DNA from: Escherichia phage JN02
Direction: 5' to 3' (one strand)
Sequence record: MT782071.1
DNA length: 64,000 bases
The notes beneath the pieces are model-generated. The model was not told the DNA's origin. It saw only the letters and a program-made list of their open reading frames with translations, and did no database searches. Shown here one piece after another: positions 29,260 through 43,648 of the stretch (within the stretch, counting starts at the first letter, position 1; every line of letters begins with the position of its first letter). A program made the translations under genes and the position numbers.

Positions 29260-30839
29260 GTAATAACAATACATACCAACACGTTTCAAACGAATCAATT
29301 TACGTTGAATTCGACCCTACGGGGTCGAATTTTCCAGATACGATCACTAATGTCCAAGCCGCATTAGCTGCTATTTCTCCTTCGGGTGTTAACGGCGTCC
29401 CGGAAGCAACAACTACTACACCAGGAATTATTCAAATAGCTACTCCACAAGAAGTTATTGATGGATTAGATAATAGTAAAGCTGTTACTCCGGCATCACT
29501 GAATGCTCGTCTACAATATCCTAATGCAACCGAAACTCAATATGGCTTAACTCGTTATGCTACTGAAGACGAAGCAGTAACCGGAGCTATTGACGATGCA
29601 TCAATTACTCCGCTTAAATTGAATCAAAAAATAGACAATGTATTTCAGACAAAAGTGTCAACAGAAGCAACAAATGGTGTAATTAAAATTTCAACTTCTG
29701 CCGCGGCATTAGCCGGTTCTGACGATACGACGGCAATGACTCCGTTAAAAACGCAACAATTAGCAATTAAACTTATTTCGCAAATTGCTCCAAATAATAG
29801 TGACGCCACCGAATCTATTACAGGTGTTGTTCGTTTGGCTACAGTTGCTCAAGCACAACAAGGCACCCTGCGTGAAGGCTATGCAATTTCACCTTATACC
29901 TTTATGAATTCAGTAGCATCAGAAACTAATAAAGGTGTCGTTAAACTAGGGACACAGACTGAAGTAAATAGTAACAACTCTTCAGTTGTAGTGACAGGCG
30001 CAACATTAAACGGACGTGGGGCTACAACTTCTTTACGTGGAGTTGTTCGTTTAACTACACAAGCTGGTAGCCAATCAGGTGGCGATGGTTCTTCTGCCCT
30101 TGCTTGGAATGCTGATGTTATCCACCAACGAGGCGGACAAACTATTAATGGCACGCTTCGCATTAATAATACGTTGACGGTCGGTTCTGGTGGCGCTAAT
30201 ATAACTGGTAATGTCAATATGTCCGGTGGTTATATTCAAGGCAATCGTATTGTGACTCAAAATGAATTAGACCGAATTCTTCCAGTTGGCGCTATTACAA
30301 TGTGGGCTGCAGATAGTTTACCGAGTTCTGACTGGCGCTTCTGTCACGGTGGGACCGTTTCTGCTTCAGAATGTCCAGTATATGCTTCCAGAATTGGGAC
30401 ACGATATGGTGGTAGTTCTTCTAACCCAGGCTTGCCTGATATGCGTGGATTATTTGTTCGCGGCTCAGGACGTGGTAACCATTTAACTAACCCTAATGTT
30501 AATGGTAATGACCAATTCGGTAAGCCTCGTCTGGCGGTAGGTTGTACCGGTGGATATGTTGGTGAGGTGCAAAAACAACAGATGTCATATCATAAGCATG
30601 CTGGCGGTTTTGGTGAACATGACGATGCAGGAGCATTCGGTAATACTCGTCGTTCAAACTTTGTTGGTACTCGTAAAGGACTTGACTGGGATAACCGTTC
30701 GTATTTTACTAACGATGGATATGAAATTGATCCAGCGTCTCAGCGTAACTCTAAATATACCCTGAATCGTCCAGAATTAATTGGAAATGAAACTCGCCCA
30801 TGGAATATTTCTTTAAACTATATCATTAAGGTAAAATAA
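29256..30839 (+). CDS. 12: Short tail fibre protein gp12
   Basis: 527 aa as in T4; repetitive fibrous N-terminal region. Confidence 0.9.
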   Translation: MSNNNTYQHVSNESIYVEFDPTGSNFPDTITNVQAALAAISPSGVNGVPEATTTTPGIIQIATPQEVIDGLDNSKAVTPASLNARLQYPNATETQYGLTRYATEDEAVTGAIDDASITPLKLNQKIDNVFQTKVSTEATNGVIKISTSAAALAGSDDTTAMTPLKTQQLAIKLISQIAPNNSDATESITGVVRLATVAQAQQGTLREGYAISPYTFMNSVASETNKGVVKLGTQTEVNSNNSSVVVTGATLNGRGATTSLRGVVRLTTQAGSQSGGDGSSALAWNADVIHQRGGQTINGTLRINNTLTVGSGGANITGNVNMSGGYIQGNRIVTQNELDRILPVGAITMWAADSLPSSDWRFCHGGTVSASECPVYASRIGTRYGGSSSNPGLPDMRGLFVRGSGRGNHLTNPNVNGNDQFGKPRLAVGCTGGYVGEVQKQQMSYHKHAGGFGEHDDAGAFGNTRRSNFVGTRKGLDWDNRSYFTNDGYEIDPASQRNSKYTLNRPELIGNETRPWNISLNYIIKVK

Positions 30840-32287
30840 TGACTGATATAACTCTGGTAGATTTACCATATGTTGACGGCCCGCCAGACGCGGGTCAGAG
30901 TCGTATTGAATGGATTAAAAACGATGAAGAAATAACAGGTGCTGACACAAAATACGGTTCTGAAGGTGTAATGAACCGTCCTATTGTTGAAGTTCAACGT
31001 AACGTAGAAGCGTTAGATGTTAATATTAAAACTATAGCATCTTCTTTGAATACAGCCAATGAAGATATCAAAGCTATTCAAGGTATTTTAGATGTTTCTG
31101 GGGATGTTGATGCTCTTGCACAGATAGGCCAGAACACCCAAGATATCGATGTCATTAAAGTCACGGTTCAAACCCATGCTAGTGAATTGAATGATTTGAA
31201 TGAACATATTGATGCGAATACTGATGATATTGGTGTTTATAATCAGGAAACAGATTCAGTTTATAGAACGGTTCGTAACGACCTGCTTTGGATTAAAAAT
31301 GAATTAGGACAATATACCGGTCAAGATATTAATGGGGTTCCTACTCCAGGAAATGATAGCACTGGTATGAAACGCCGTATTATGACTAATAGCTCCGTAA
31401 TTGTTGACCACGGTGTTCGATTAACTGATTTAGAAACTAAATTTGCTGATTCTGACGTCGGCTCTTTAACTATTGAAGTCGAACACTTGCGCGAAGAAAT
31501 GGGGCCTCGCACTTCTTTCACTACTCCAGTGTTTAGTCGTCTTTCCGGTATTGATTTAACTTTGTCGCGTCAAAATGCTGACTTGGATGGCATTAAACAG
31601 TCTATTGGGTATCCTAATACGACTTCTATTATTACTACCACTAATGCAAATAGTTCAGCAATAAATGACATTAATCTTGAGCTCAATCAATCAGGCGGTA
31701 TTAAACCTCGTTTGACTACGGTAGAAACTGCCATTGGCGCTGATGATTTGCCTACTACAATCCAAGGACGTATTAAACTCAATACTGATGCTATCGGAGC
31801 ATTGAATACTGTTGTCGGCTCTGATTCTTCGTCAGGATTGCGTTTTAATGTGTCATGGTTAAATAACGTAGTTGGTGTTGACGCTTCAGGTGGTAAACCG
31901 GAACCAGACGGCTCTTTGCTTTATCGTACTCGAGAGCTTGAAGGAACTATCGGTGGGCTGAGTAATGACATTCAGAACATTCAAACTGATGTTGGGACTA
32001 ATTCCACAGGAATTAAGGGTTCTGTAAACACATTAAATACTCTTATAAATGGCACCAACCCAAATGGTTCGACTGTTGAAGAACGCGGTATATTGCCTAC
32101 AGTTAAAAGTCATGATACGACAATTAATGGTTTAACTTCTAGAATTGCTACTCTTGAAACTGATTTGGCCGCTGCAGAAGCTGAAATCCAAACTCTTAAG
32201 GACGCTGGATATATTGAAGATGCTCCTTCAGACGGTAAATTCTATGTTCGCAAAGATGGTGCATGGGTTGAACTTCCTACAGCTTAA
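30839..32287 (+). CDS. wac: Fibritin (whisker) protein
   Basis: 482 aa coiled-coil protein after gene 12. Confidence 0.9.
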   Translation: MTDITLVDLPYVDGPPDAGQSRIEWIKNDEEITGADTKYGSEGVMNRPIVEVQRNVEALDVNIKTIASSLNTANEDIKAIQGILDVSGDVDALAQIGQNTQDIDVIKVTVQTHASELNDLNEHIDANTDDIGVYNQETDSVYRTVRNDLLWIKNELGQYTGQDINGVPTPGNDSTGMKRRIMTNSSVIVDHGVRLTDLETKFADSDVGSLTIEVEHLREEMGPRTSFTTPVFSRLSGIDLTLSRQNADLDGIKQSIGYPNTTSIITTTNANSSAINDINLELNQSGGIKPRLTTVETAIGADDLPTTIQGRIKLNTDAIGALNTVVGSDSSSGLRFNVSWLNNVVGVDASGGKPEPDGSLLYRTRELEGTIGGLSNDIQNIQTDVGTNSTGIKGSVNTLNTLINGTNPNGSTVEERGILPTVKSHDTTINGLTSRIATLETDLAAAEAEIQTLKDAGYIEDAPSDGKFYVRKDGAWVELPTA

Positions 32288-32293
32288 TGAAAA

Positions 32294-32307
32294 GGGCCTT
32301 CGGGCCC
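32294..32307 (+). terminator. Terminator-like hairpin (gggcc-UUCG-ggccc)
   Basis: Stem-loop after wac stop; no clear T-tract. Confidence 0.35.
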
Positions 32308-32319
32308 TAAAGGATTTAT

Positions 32320-33246
32320 ATGTCAGGTTATAATGCACAAAACCCTAAAGAATTAAAGGATGTAATATTACGTCGTTTAGGCGCTCCTATTGTAAATGTT
32401 GAATTAACTACAGATCAAATTTATGATTGTATTTCACGAGCGTTAGAACTTTATGGCGAATACCATTTTGACGGGTTGAATAAAGGTTTCCATGTATTTT
32501 TTGTTGATGACGAAGAAAAATACCGTCACGGCGTATTTGATATGCGTGGTTCTAACGTATTTGCTGTAACAAGAATTATAAGAACAAACGTTGGCTCTAT
32601 TACTTCAATGGATGGTAATGCAACTTATCCATGGTTCACTGATTTCCTTTTAGGAATGGCCGGTGTTTCAGGTGGTATGGGTAGTAATTGCGGTAAATTC
32701 TACGGTCCGAACGCTTTTGGCGCTGATCTCGGGTATTATTCTCAATTAGTATCTTATATGGGTATGCTTCAAGATATGATTGCTCCTCTTCCAGATTTTT
32801 GGTTTAACTCTGCAAACGAGCAATTAAAAGTAATGGGTAACTTTAGACAGAAAGATGTCATTATCGTTGAATCGTATGTTCGCTCTTATATCGAGACCCA
32901 TAAGATGGTAGGAAATACAGTAGGGTACGGTCAAGTAGGTCCTCGTGATTCATGGTCTATTTCTGAACGTTATGATAATCCGGACCATAATTTGGTCGGA
33001 CGTCGAGTTGGTGAAGATCCTGCAACTAAACAAGGCGCATATAACAACCGCTGGGTTAAAGATTATGCAACTGCATTAGCTAAAGAGCTTAATGGACAAA
33101 TTCTTGCTAAACATCAAGGTATGATGTTACCCGGTGGTGTCACTGTTGATGGTGTTCGATTAATTGAAGAAGCTCGTTTAGAGAAAGAAGCTTTACGAGA
33201 AGAGTTATATTTACTGGACCCTCCTGCAGGTATTTTGGTAGGTTAA
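32320..33246 (+). CDS. 13: Neck protein gp13
   Basis: 308 aa; conserved position. Confidence 0.9.
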   Translation: MSGYNAQNPKELKDVILRRLGAPIVNVELTTDQIYDCISRALELYGEYHFDGLNKGFHVFFVDDEEKYRHGVFDMRGSNVFAVTRIIRTNVGSITSMDGNATYPWFTDFLLGMAGVSGGMGSNCGKFYGPNAFGADLGYYSQLVSYMGMLQDMIAPLPDFWFNSANEQLKVMGNFRQKDVIIVESYVRSYIETHKMVGNTVGYGQVGPRDSWSISERYDNPDHNLVGRRVGEDPATKQGAYNNRWVKDYATALAKELNGQILAKHQGMMLPGGVTVDGVRLIEEARLEKEALREELYLLDPPAGILVG

Positions 33247-33247
33247 T

Positions 33248-34012
33248 ATGGCAACTTATGATAAAAATCTTTTCGCCAAACTAGAAAATCGTGGTGGGTA
33301 TTCTCAGACAAATGAGACTGAAATTCTCAATCCATTTGTCAATTTTAATAACTATGAGAATAGTCAGACATTAGCCGATGTTCTAGTGGCAGAAAGCATA
33401 CAGATGCGCGGTATTGAATGTTTTTATGTTCCACGTGAATATGTTGCCGTGGACCTTATCTTTGGTGAGGACCTTAAAAATAAATTTACTAAAGCATGGA
33501 AATTTGCTGCATATCTGAACTCTTTTGAAGGTTATGAAGGAGCGAAATCGTTCTTCAGCAACTTCGGAATGCAAGTTCAAGACGAAGTTACATTATCTAT
33601 TAACCCAGGTCTTTTCAAACACCAGGTCAACAATCAGGAGCCTAAGGAAGGTGATTTAATATACTTCCCAATGGACAACAGTTTGTTTGAGATTAACTGG
33701 GTTGAACCATATGACCCATTCTATCAAGTAGGTAAAAATGCGATTCGTAAAATTACTGCAGGCAAGTTTATTTACTCTGGTGAAGAAATCAATCCGGTGC
33801 TTCAGAAAAATGAAGGTATCAATATACCTGAATTTAGTGACTTGGAACTTAACCCTGTTAGAAATCTTGACGGTATCCATGACATTAATATCGATGAATA
33901 TTCTGAAGTTGAGCAAATCAATTCAGAGGCAAGTGAATACGTTGAGCCGTACGTAGTAGTTAACAACCGTGGTAGACAAAATTCACCATTTGACGATGGG
34001 TTTATGAATTAA
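33248..34012 (+). CDS. 14: Neck protein gp14
   Basis: 254 aa. Confidence 0.9.
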   Translation: MATYDKNLFAKLENRGGYSQTNETEILNPFVNFNNYENSQTLADVLVAESIQMRGIECFYVPREYVAVDLIFGEDLKNKFTKAWKFAAYLNSFEGYEGAKSFFSNFGMQVQDEVTLSINPGLFKHQVNNQEPKEGDLIYFPMDNSLFEINWVEPYDPFYQVGKNAIRKITAGKFIYSGEEINPVLQKNEGINIPEFSDLELNPVRNLDGIHDINIDEYSEVEQINSEASEYVEPYVVVNNRGRQNSPFDDGFMN

Positions 34013-34064
34013 TAAATAGATAAGATAAAGCAAACACCGGTCGAAAGGCCGGTTAGGAGAAATG

Positions 34065-34886
34065 ATGTTTGGTTATTTTTACAACTCGTCGTTCAGGCGA
34101 TATATCACAATGATGGGCGATTTGTTTTCAAATATCCAAGTTAACCGTCAATTGTCTACAGGCAATAAATTAATTAGAGTTCCTATTACGTATGCATCTA
34201 AAGAGCACTTTATGATGAAACTTAATAAATGGACCTCTATAAACTCACAAGAAGATGTGGCTAAAGTCGAAACTATTCTACCACGTATAAATCTCCAAAT
34301 GGTAGATTTCGTTTATAACCCAACGTTTAAAACGAATATATTGAATAACTCTCTTTTGAGTAAATCGACTAAGGATATTGTAGACCAATACAACCCATCA
34401 CCAATTAAAATGATTTTTGAACTGAGCATCTTTACTCGTTATGAAGATGATATGTTCCAAATCGTTGAGCAAATTATTCCATATTTTCAGCCGCATTTTA
34501 ATACGACTATGATTGAGCAATATGGGCAGGATATTCCATTTGAAAGGGATATTAAAGTCGTATGGATGGCGGCCGCAATGGATGAACAAATAGACGGTGA
34601 TAATTTATCTCGTCGACGTTTAGAGTGGTCATTAACATTTGAAGTAAATGGATGGATGTATCCTCCGGTAGGCGCAGCTGAAGGCCTTATTAAAACGACT
34701 TATCTTGATTTTCATGCTAATGAACGAGACCTTCAAACAGCCGCCAGCGTTTTTGAATCAGTTGATACAGAAATTAAACCGAGAGACGTTGAAGCACAAG
34801 ATTGGAATGGTGAAGTTGAACAAACTTATACTCATGATATTCCAATCCCGACTCCACCAACCCCTCCTGGTCCTAGAAAACAATAA
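34065..34886 (+). CDS. 15: Tail sheath terminator protein gp15
   Basis: MFGYFYNSSFRRY... matches T4 gp15 N-terminus. Confidence 0.9.
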   Translation: MFGYFYNSSFRRYITMMGDLFSNIQVNRQLSTGNKLIRVPITYASKEHFMMKLNKWTSINSQEDVAKVETILPRINLQMVDFVYNPTFKTNILNNSLLSKSTKDIVDQYNPSPIKMIFELSIFTRYEDDMFQIVEQIIPYFQPHFNTTMIEQYGQDIPFERDIKVVWMAAAMDEQIDGDNLSRRRLEWSLTFEVNGWMYPPVGAAEGLIKTTYLDFHANERDLQTAASVFESVDTEIKPRDVEAQDWNGEVEQTYTHDIPIPTPPTPPGPRKQ

Positions 34887-37212
<2,326 letters not shown>

Positions 37213-37239
37213 AAATAAAGCAAATTAAGAGGAATTAAA

Positions 37240-39222
37240 ATGGCACTTCTCTCTCCGGGCGTTGAGCTCAAAGAAACTACCGTACAGAGTACTGTAGTTA
37301 ATAACTCCACTGGTACTGCTGCCCTGGCTGGAAAATTCCAATGGGGACCGGCATTCCAGATTAAACAAATCACTGATGAAGTTTCATTAGTTGATATGTT
37401 TGGTACTCCTAATACGGATACAGCAGATTATTTCATGTCTGCTATGAACTTCCTTCAGTATGGTAATGACCTTCGTGTTGTACGCGCAGTTGATCGTGAT
37501 ACTGCTAAGAACTCATCTCCTGTAGCAGGCAATATTGAATTCACAATCTCTGCTGCTGGTAGTAACTATGCAGTCGGTGATAAAATTATCGTTAAGTATT
37601 TGACCGAAACTGTTGAAGCAGATGGTTATGTCACTTCAGTTGATGTCGATGGTAAAATTCTTAACATTTATATCCCAACCGGTAAAATTATTGCTCGTGC
37701 AAAAGAAATTAATGAATATCCGGCATTGGGTTCTAACTGGACCGCCGAAGTTGCCAGTTCTTCTTCTGGTCTCTCTGGCGTTATTACAATTGGTTCTATC
37801 GTAACCGATTCGGGTATTCTGTTAACTGAAGTTGAAACTTCTGAAGAAGCTATTACTTCTCTAACTTTCCAAGAATCTATTAAAAAATACGGTGTCCCGG
37901 GCGTAGTTGCTCTTTATCCTGGTGAACTTGGCGACCAGATCGAAATTGAAATCGTATCTAAAGCAGACTATGACAAAGGTGCTTCAGCCCAGTTAAAAAT
38001 TTATCCTGATGGTGGTACTCGTGCATCTACGGCTAAAGCAATCTTTGGGTATGGTCCACAAACTGATGACCAATATGCAATTATCGTTCGTCGTAACGAT
38101 GCAGTAGTTCAGAGCGTAGTTCTTTCTACTAAACGTGGTGAACGCGATATCTATGGTAGTAATATCTTTATTGATGATTTCTTTGCTAAAGGCGCAAGCA
38201 ATTATATTTTCGCTACAGCACAAGGTTGGCCAAAAGGTTTCTCTGGCGTAATCAAACTGGGTGGTGGCTTATCATCTAATGAAACAGTTGACGCTGGTGA
38301 TTTAATGGAAGCTTGGGATTTGTTTGCCGACCGCGAATCTGTTAATGCGCAGTTGTTTATTGCCGGTTCTTGTGCAGGTGAATCTTTAGAAGTTGCTTCT
38401 ACAGTTCAGAAACATGTTGTAGCAATTGGTGATTCTCGCCAAGATTGTTTGGTTCTTTGCTCACCGCCACGTGCAACTATAGTCGGTATTCCTGTTAATC
38501 GTGCAGTTGATAATCTGGTTGATTGGCGTACTGCGTCAGGAACTTACACTGATAATAACTTTAATGTAAGTTCTACTTATGCTGCTATTGACGGTAACTA
38601 TAAATATCAATATGACAAATATAATGACGTGAATCGTTGGGTTCCATTAGCTGCTGATATTGCTGGTCTTTGTGCTCGCACAGACAATATTTCTCAGCCT
38701 TGGATGTCTCCTGCCGGTTATAACCGTGGACAAATTCTTAACGTTATTAAGCTTGCAATTGAAACTCGCCAAGCGCAGCGTGATCGTTTGTATCAGGAAG
38801 CTATTAACCCTGTTACTGGTACCGGTGGTGATGGGTATGTTCTGTACGGTGATAAAACTGCCACGTCTGTTCCTTCACCATTTGACCGTATTAACGTTCG
38901 TCGTTTGTTCAATATGGTTAAAACGAACATTGGATCAGCATCTAAATATCGCCTGTTTGAATTGAACAACGCATTTACCCGTTCTTCTTTCCGTACAGAG
39001 ACTTCTCAATATCTACAGGGTATTAAAGCTCTCGGTGGTGTATATAACTTTAAAGTTGTTTGTGATACTACCAATAACACCCCAGCAGTTATCGACCGTA
39101 ATGAATTTGTAGCTACTTTCTACTTACAACCTGCCCGCTCGATAAATTATATTACGTTGAACTTTGTAGCAACAGCAACTGGTGCCGATTTCGACGAACT
39201 AATTGGTGCTGTAGGTGGCTAA
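37240..39222 (+). CDS. 18: Tail sheath protein gp18
   Basis: 660 aa. Confidence 0.95.
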   Translation: MALLSPGVELKETTVQSTVVNNSTGTAALAGKFQWGPAFQIKQITDEVSLVDMFGTPNTDTADYFMSAMNFLQYGNDLRVVRAVDRDTAKNSSPVAGNIEFTISAAGSNYAVGDKIIVKYLTETVEADGYVTSVDVDGKILNIYIPTGKIIARAKEINEYPALGSNWTAEVASSSSGLSGVITIGSIVTDSGILLTEVETSEEAITSLTFQESIKKYGVPGVVALYPGELGDQIEIEIVSKADYDKGASAQLKIYPDGGTRASTAKAIFGYGPQTDDQYAIIVRRNDAVVQSVVLSTKRGERDIYGSNIFIDDFFAKGASNYIFATAQGWPKGFSGVIKLGGGLSSNETVDAGDLMEAWDLFADRESVNAQLFIAGSCAGESLEVASTVQKHVVAIGDSRQDCLVLCSPPRATIVGIPVNRAVDNLVDWRTASGTYTDNNFNVSSTYAAIDGNYKYQYDKYNDVNRWVPLAADIAGLCARTDNISQPWMSPAGYNRGQILNVIKLAIETRQAQRDRLYQEAINPVTGTGGDGYVLYGDKTATSVPSPFDRINVRRLFNMVKTNIGSASKYRLFELNNAFTRSSFRTETSQYLQGIKALGGVYNFKVVCDTTNNTPAVIDRNEFVATFYLQPARSINYITLNFVATATGADFDELIGAVGG

Positions 39223-39235
39223 TAAGACGCCTGAT

Positions 39236-39253
39236 GGGCTATTTCGGTAGCCC
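39236..39253 (+). terminator. Terminator-like hairpin after gene 18
   Basis: gggcta-tttcgg-tagccc stem-loop immediately followed by the gene 19 late promoter. Confidence 0.4.
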
Positions 39254-39254
39254 A

Positions 39255-39262
39255 TATAAATA
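39255..39262 (+). promoter_or_regulatory. Late promoter TATAAATA (gene 19)
   Basis: Exact octamer. Confidence 0.65.
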
Positions 39263-39335
39263 TAACCATATCGTTTAAAAATTAATTCTATGGGCATCTG
39301 GTTAATCCTAAGCCCATATTACTACAGAGGCTAAT

Positions 39336-39827
39336 ATGTTTGTAGATGACGTAACTCGTGCCTTCGAATCAGGTGATTTCGCTCGCCCTAACCTGTTCGA
39401 AGTAGAAATCTCTTATCTTGGGCAAAACTTTAGCTTCCAGTGTCGTGCTACGGCTCTTCCTGCTGCGATCGTTGAAAAGGTTCCTGTTTCTTATATGAAC
39501 CGTAAAATTAACGTGGCTGGTGATCGTACATTCGATGATTGGACTATTACAGTAATGAATGATGATGCTCATAGCATTCGTCAGAAATTTGTTGATTGGC
39601 AAGGTATTGCAGCAGGACAAGGTAATGAAATTACCGGTGGTAAACCTGCCGAATATAAAAAGACCGCTATCGTTCGTCAATTTGCTCGTGATGCTAAAAC
39701 GGTCACTAAAGAAGTTGAAATTGTTGGCTTGTGGCCTACTAACGTTGGTGAAGTATCTCTTGACTGGGACAGCAATAACGAGATTGAAACGTTCGAAGTA
39801 ACTCTTGCTCTTGATTGGTGGGAATAA
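39336..39827 (+). CDS. 19: Tail tube protein gp19
   Basis: 163 aa as in T4. Confidence 0.95.
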   Translation: MFVDDVTRAFESGDFARPNLFEVEISYLGQNFSFQCRATALPAAIVEKVPVSYMNRKINVAGDRTFDDWTITVMNDDAHSIRQKFVDWQGIAAGQGNEITGGKPAEYKKTAIVRQFARDAKTVTKEVEIVGLWPTNVGEVSLDWDSNNEIETFEVTLALDWWE

Positions 39828-39875
39828 TCTGGTTGGGGAGAAATCCCCAGCTTCCCGTGATGACGGAGAAGTCCA

Positions 39876-39883
39876 TATAAATA
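39876..39883 (+). promoter_or_regulatory. Late promoter TATAAATA (gene 20)
   Basis: Exact octamer 29 nt upstream of ATG. Confidence 0.65.
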
Positions 39884-39911
39884 TAACTATAATTCCCATT
39901 CGGAGAATACA

Positions 39912-41483
39912 ATGAAATTTAATATCTTAAGTTTGTTTGCTCCATGGGCAAAAATGGACGAACGTGATTACAAAGACCAAGAAAAAGAAAATTTAGAATC
40001 GATCACCACACCAAAATTGGACGATGGCGCTAAAGAATACGAAGTATCTGAAAATGAAGCACAGCAAACATATAATGCTATGTTTCAGAGAATGTTCGGT
40101 AGTCAAGAACCAGGGCTCAAATCAACCCGTGAATTAATCGATACGTATCGAAATTTGATGACGAACTATGAAGTGGATAACGCGGTCTCTGAAATAGTTT
40201 CCGATGCTATCGTATATGAAGATGATACAGAAGTCGTTTCTATAAATTTAGACAACACAAAATTTAGTCCAAATATCAAATCAATGATGTTGGATGAATT
40301 TAACGAAGTGTTAAATCATTTATCTTTCCAACGTAAAGGTTCAGATCATTTTAGACGTTGGTATGTGGATTCTCGAATTTTCTTCCATAAAATTATTGAC
40401 CCTAAACGCCCTAAAGAAGGTATTAAAGAGCTTCGTCGTTTAGACCCACGTCAAGTTCAATATGTCCGTGAAGTTATTACAACCACTGAAGCCGGTGTTA
40501 AAATAGTCAAGGGTTATAAAGAATATTTCATTTATGACACATCACACGAATCTTATGCTTGTGATGGCCGCATATATGAAGCTGGCACAAAAATAAAAAT
40601 CCCTAAAGCTGCGATTGTTTATGCCCATTCCGGTTTAGTTGATTGTTGTGGTAAAAATATCATCGGTTATTTGCATCGGGCTATTAAGCCAGCGAACCAA
40701 TTAAAACTTCTTGAAGATGCCGTTGTAATTTATCGTATTACTCGTGCTCCCGATCGTCGTGTATGGTACGTTGATACAGGTAATATGCCTTCAAGAAAAG
40801 CAGCAGAACATATGCAACATGTTATGAATACGATGAAAAACCGTATTGCATATGATGCTACTACAGGCAAGATTAAAAACCAGCAGCATATTATGTCGAT
40901 GACCGAAGATTATTGGTTACAACGACGTGATGGTAAAGCAGTAACAGAAGTTGACACATTACCAGGTGCAGATAATACCGGAAATATGGAAGATGTACGT
41001 TGGTTCCGTAATGCGCTTTATATGGCTTTACGTATTCCTATTACCCGTATTCCAAGTGACCAAGGTGGTATACAGTTTGATGCTGGTACTTCTATTACAC
41101 GAGATGAATTGTCATTTGGTAAATTTATTCGTGAGCTGCAACATAAATTTGAAGAGATATTCCTAGACCCGCTTAAAACTAATTTAATTCTTAAAGGAAT
41201 TATTACAGAAGATGAGTGGAATGATGAAATAAATAATATTAAGATAAAATTTCATCGGGATAGTTATTTCTCGGAATTAAAGGATGCTGAGATTCTGGAG
41301 CGTCGCATTAATATGCTTCAGATGGCCGAACCATTTATTGGTAAATATATTTCTCACAGAACAGCTATGAAAGATATTCTTCAGATGTCTGACGAGGAAA
41401 TTGAACAAGAGGCTAAGCAAATTGAAGAAGAGTCGAAAGAGGCTCGTTTCCAAGACCCCGACCAAGAACAAGAGGATTTTTAA
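39912..41483 (+). CDS. 20: Portal vertex protein gp20
   Basis: 523 aa. Confidence 0.95.
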   Translation: MKFNILSLFAPWAKMDERDYKDQEKENLESITTPKLDDGAKEYEVSENEAQQTYNAMFQRMFGSQEPGLKSTRELIDTYRNLMTNYEVDNAVSEIVSDAIVYEDDTEVVSINLDNTKFSPNIKSMMLDEFNEVLNHLSFQRKGSDHFRRWYVDSRIFFHKIIDPKRPKEGIKELRRLDPRQVQYVREVITTTEAGVKIVKGYKEYFIYDTSHESYACDGRIYEAGTKIKIPKAAIVYAHSGLVDCCGKNIIGYLHRAIKPANQLKLLEDAVVIYRITRAPDRRVWYVDTGNMPSRKAAEHMQHVMNTMKNRIAYDATTGKIKNQQHIMSMTEDYWLQRRDGKAVTEVDTLPGADNTGNMEDVRWFRNALYMALRIPITRIPSDQGGIQFDAGTSITRDELSFGKFIRELQHKFEEIFLDPLKTNLILKGIITEDEWNDEINNIKIKFHRDSYFSELKDAEILERRINMLQMAEPFIGKYISHRTAMKDILQMSDEEIEQEAKQIEEESKEARFQDPDQEQEDF

Positions 41484-41719
41484 TGGACGATTTAATTCAA
41501 GCTATTAAATCAAACGACCTCGTTGCTACTCGAAAGTTTTTTGAAAGTGCAATGGCAGAAAAAACGGTTCGTTTGATTGAAGCACGCAAAGCAGAAATCG
41601 CTTCTCAATTTTTGATTGAAGGCGAAGAACCTGAAGAAGAAAAGAAAGCTAAAGCTTCGGAAGATGACGCTGATGAAGGCGATGACGACGAAGACGAAGA
41701 TGATGAGGACGATGAATAA
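41483..41719 (+). CDS. 67: Prohead core protein gp67
   Basis: 78 aa with acidic D/E-rich C-terminus. Confidence 0.85.
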   Translation: MDDLIQAIKSNDLVATRKFFESAMAEKTVRLIEARKAEIASQFLIEGEEPEEEKKAKASEDDADEGDDDEDEDDEDDE

Positions 41720-42144
41720 TGTATCTTATCCCTGAATCTTATGAATTGGTACTCGAAAATGTCGAAGCACTTATTCCTGAAGCACAGGGCCGAATCGATG
41801 CATTGTCTTCTGCTCTCGATATTGACGATATAAATACTATTATCGAGAACATGCTTGAAACTGAAACGGATTTAGCTGTTGCAATGGCTTCCATTATTAA
41901 TGAAGAACAGTTAAATGAGTTTATCGTTAAACATGTTTCTTCTCGTGGTGAAGTCACCCGCACTAAAGACCGTAAAACTCGTGAACGTAACGCGTTCCAA
42001 ACAACTGGTCTTTCTAAAGCAAAACGTAGACAAATCGCTCGTAAGGTCGTTAAAGCTAAAAAAGCTAACCCTTCAGGCCAAGTTAAAGGCTTGCGTAAGC
42101 GTAAAAAAGCTCTTAAACGTCGTAAAGCATTAGGATTAAGCTAA
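41719..42144 (+). CDS. 68: Prohead core protein gp68
   Basis: 141 aa as in T4. Confidence 0.85.
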   Translation: MYLIPESYELVLENVEALIPEAQGRIDALSSALDIDDINTIIENMLETETDLAVAMASIINEEQLNEFIVKHVSSRGEVTRTKDRKTRERNAFQTTGLSKAKRRQIARKVVKAKKANPSGQVKGLRKRKKALKRRKALGLS

Positions 42145-42785
42145 TGAATAAACCCGAGTTACTTATTGAAACTTGGGGTCAACCCGGTGAGATTATTGAT
42201 GGCGTTCCAATGTTGGAATCTCATGATGGAAAAGATTCTGGCTTAAAACCAGGGCTTTATATAGAAGGTATTTTTCTTCAGGCAGAGGTTGTTAACCGAA
42301 ATAAACGTTTATATCCTAAACGCGTTTTGGAAAAAGCAGTAAGTGACTATATTAAAGAACAAGTCGAAACCAAACAAGCCCTTGGAGAATTAAACCATCC
42401 ACCTCGTGCAAATGTTGACCCTATGCAAGCCGCTATCATTATTGAAGATATGTGGTGGAAAGGAAACGATGTATATGGACGTGCTAGAATTATTGAAGGC
42501 GACCATGGTCCCGGTGATAAATTAGCTGCTAATATACGAGCTGGTTGGATTCCAGGTGTTTCCTCTCGTGGTCTTGGTTCTTTAACCGACACCAATAAAG
42601 GGTACCGTATCGTGAACGAAGGATTTAAATTAACCGTCGGCGTAGATGCCGTATGGGGACCTTCTGCTCCAGATGCTTGGGTTACTCCTAAACAAATATC
42701 AGAATCAGAAAATTCGGTGGAAATCACCAAAAACAGTGCTGATGAAGCATTTAAAGCTCTCGCAGAGAGTTTAAAAGCATTATAA
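42144..42785 (+). CDS. 21: Prohead core scaffold protease gp21
   Basis: 213 aa; conserved position. Confidence 0.9.
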   Translation: MNKPELLIETWGQPGEIIDGVPMLESHDGKDSGLKPGLYIEGIFLQAEVVNRNKRLYPKRVLEKAVSDYIKEQVETKQALGELNHPPRANVDPMQAAIIIEDMWWKGNDVYGRARIIEGDHGPGDKLAANIRAGWIPGVSSRGLGSLTDTNKGYRIVNEGFKLTVGVDAVWGPSAPDAWVTPKQISESENSVEITKNSADEAFKALAESLKAL

Positions 42786-42788
42786 ATA
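42781..42788 (+). promoter_or_regulatory. Late promoter TATAAATA (gene 22)
   Basis: Exact octamer overlapping gp21 stop. Confidence 0.6.
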
Positions 42789-42818
42789 ATAATGTAATCT
42801 AAACCACAGGACACTAAA

Positions 42819-43631
42819 ATGATCAAAGAACAACTTTTGAAAGAAGCTCAGAATATCGAGACTTCAGTTGCTCTTAATAGTGTTTTCGAATCAGTAGAAC
42901 TGTCTCCGGACGTTAAAGCTAATTTCAGCACTGTATTCGAAGCCACCGTTAAGCAGGAAGCAGTCAAACTAGCTGAATCTCATATCAAAGCTATCGCCGA
43001 AAAAGCCGAAGAAGAAGTTGAAAAGGCTAAAGAAGATGCTGAAGAGAAAGCTGATAAAAAATTGGCTGAACAAGCTTCTAAATTCCTGGACCATCTTGCA
43101 AAAGAATGGCTCGCAGAAAACCAAATCGCAGTTGATAAAGGCATTAAAGCTGATTTGTTCGAATCCATGCTTGGTGGTCTGAAAGAACTGTTTGTTGAAC
43201 ATAACGTTGTTGTTCCAGAAGAATCTGTAGATGTTGTAGCAGAAATGGAAGAAGAGCTGGCCGAACATAAAGAAGAAACCGCTCGTTTGTTCGAAGAAGT
43301 TACCAAACGTGATGCATATATCAATTACGTTCAGCGTGAAACCGCTATTAATGAAAGCGTAAAAGACCTGACTGAATCTCAGAAAGAAAAAGTTATTGGC
43401 CTGGTTGAAGGTATGGATTATTCTGACGCATTTGGTACTAAGTTAACTGCTATTGTAGAAATGGTTAAAGGTTCTACTAAAGAAGAAGCCGCTATTACCG
43501 AAAGTATAAATACAGTTGACAATGACGCTGCCGGTCTTAATTTTGTTGCCGAAGCAGTTGACACTACCACAACTCAGGTAGAACAGAATTCTAATGTAAG
43601 TTTATATGCGAAAGTCGCATCTCGTTTCTAA
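42819..43631 (+). CDS. 22: Prohead core scaffold protein gp22
   Basis: 270 aa, highly charged helical. Confidence 0.9.
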   Translation: MIKEQLLKEAQNIETSVALNSVFESVELSPDVKANFSTVFEATVKQEAVKLAESHIKAIAEKAEEEVEKAKEDAEEKADKKLAEQASKFLDHLAKEWLAENQIAVDKGIKADLFESMLGGLKELFVEHNVVVPEESVDVVAEMEEELAEHKEETARLFEEVTKRDAYINYVQRETAINESVKDLTESQKEKVIGLVEGMDYSDAFGTKLTAIVEMVKGSTKEEAAITESINTVDNDAAGLNFVAEAVDTTTTQVEQNSNVSLYAKVASRF

Positions 43632-43648
43632 TTTAAAGGTTAACACAA

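Noticed and set aside
42969-43324. Minus-strand ORFs antisense to scaffold gene 22
   Set aside because: Mirror the charged repetitive composition of gp22 and lack translation signals.
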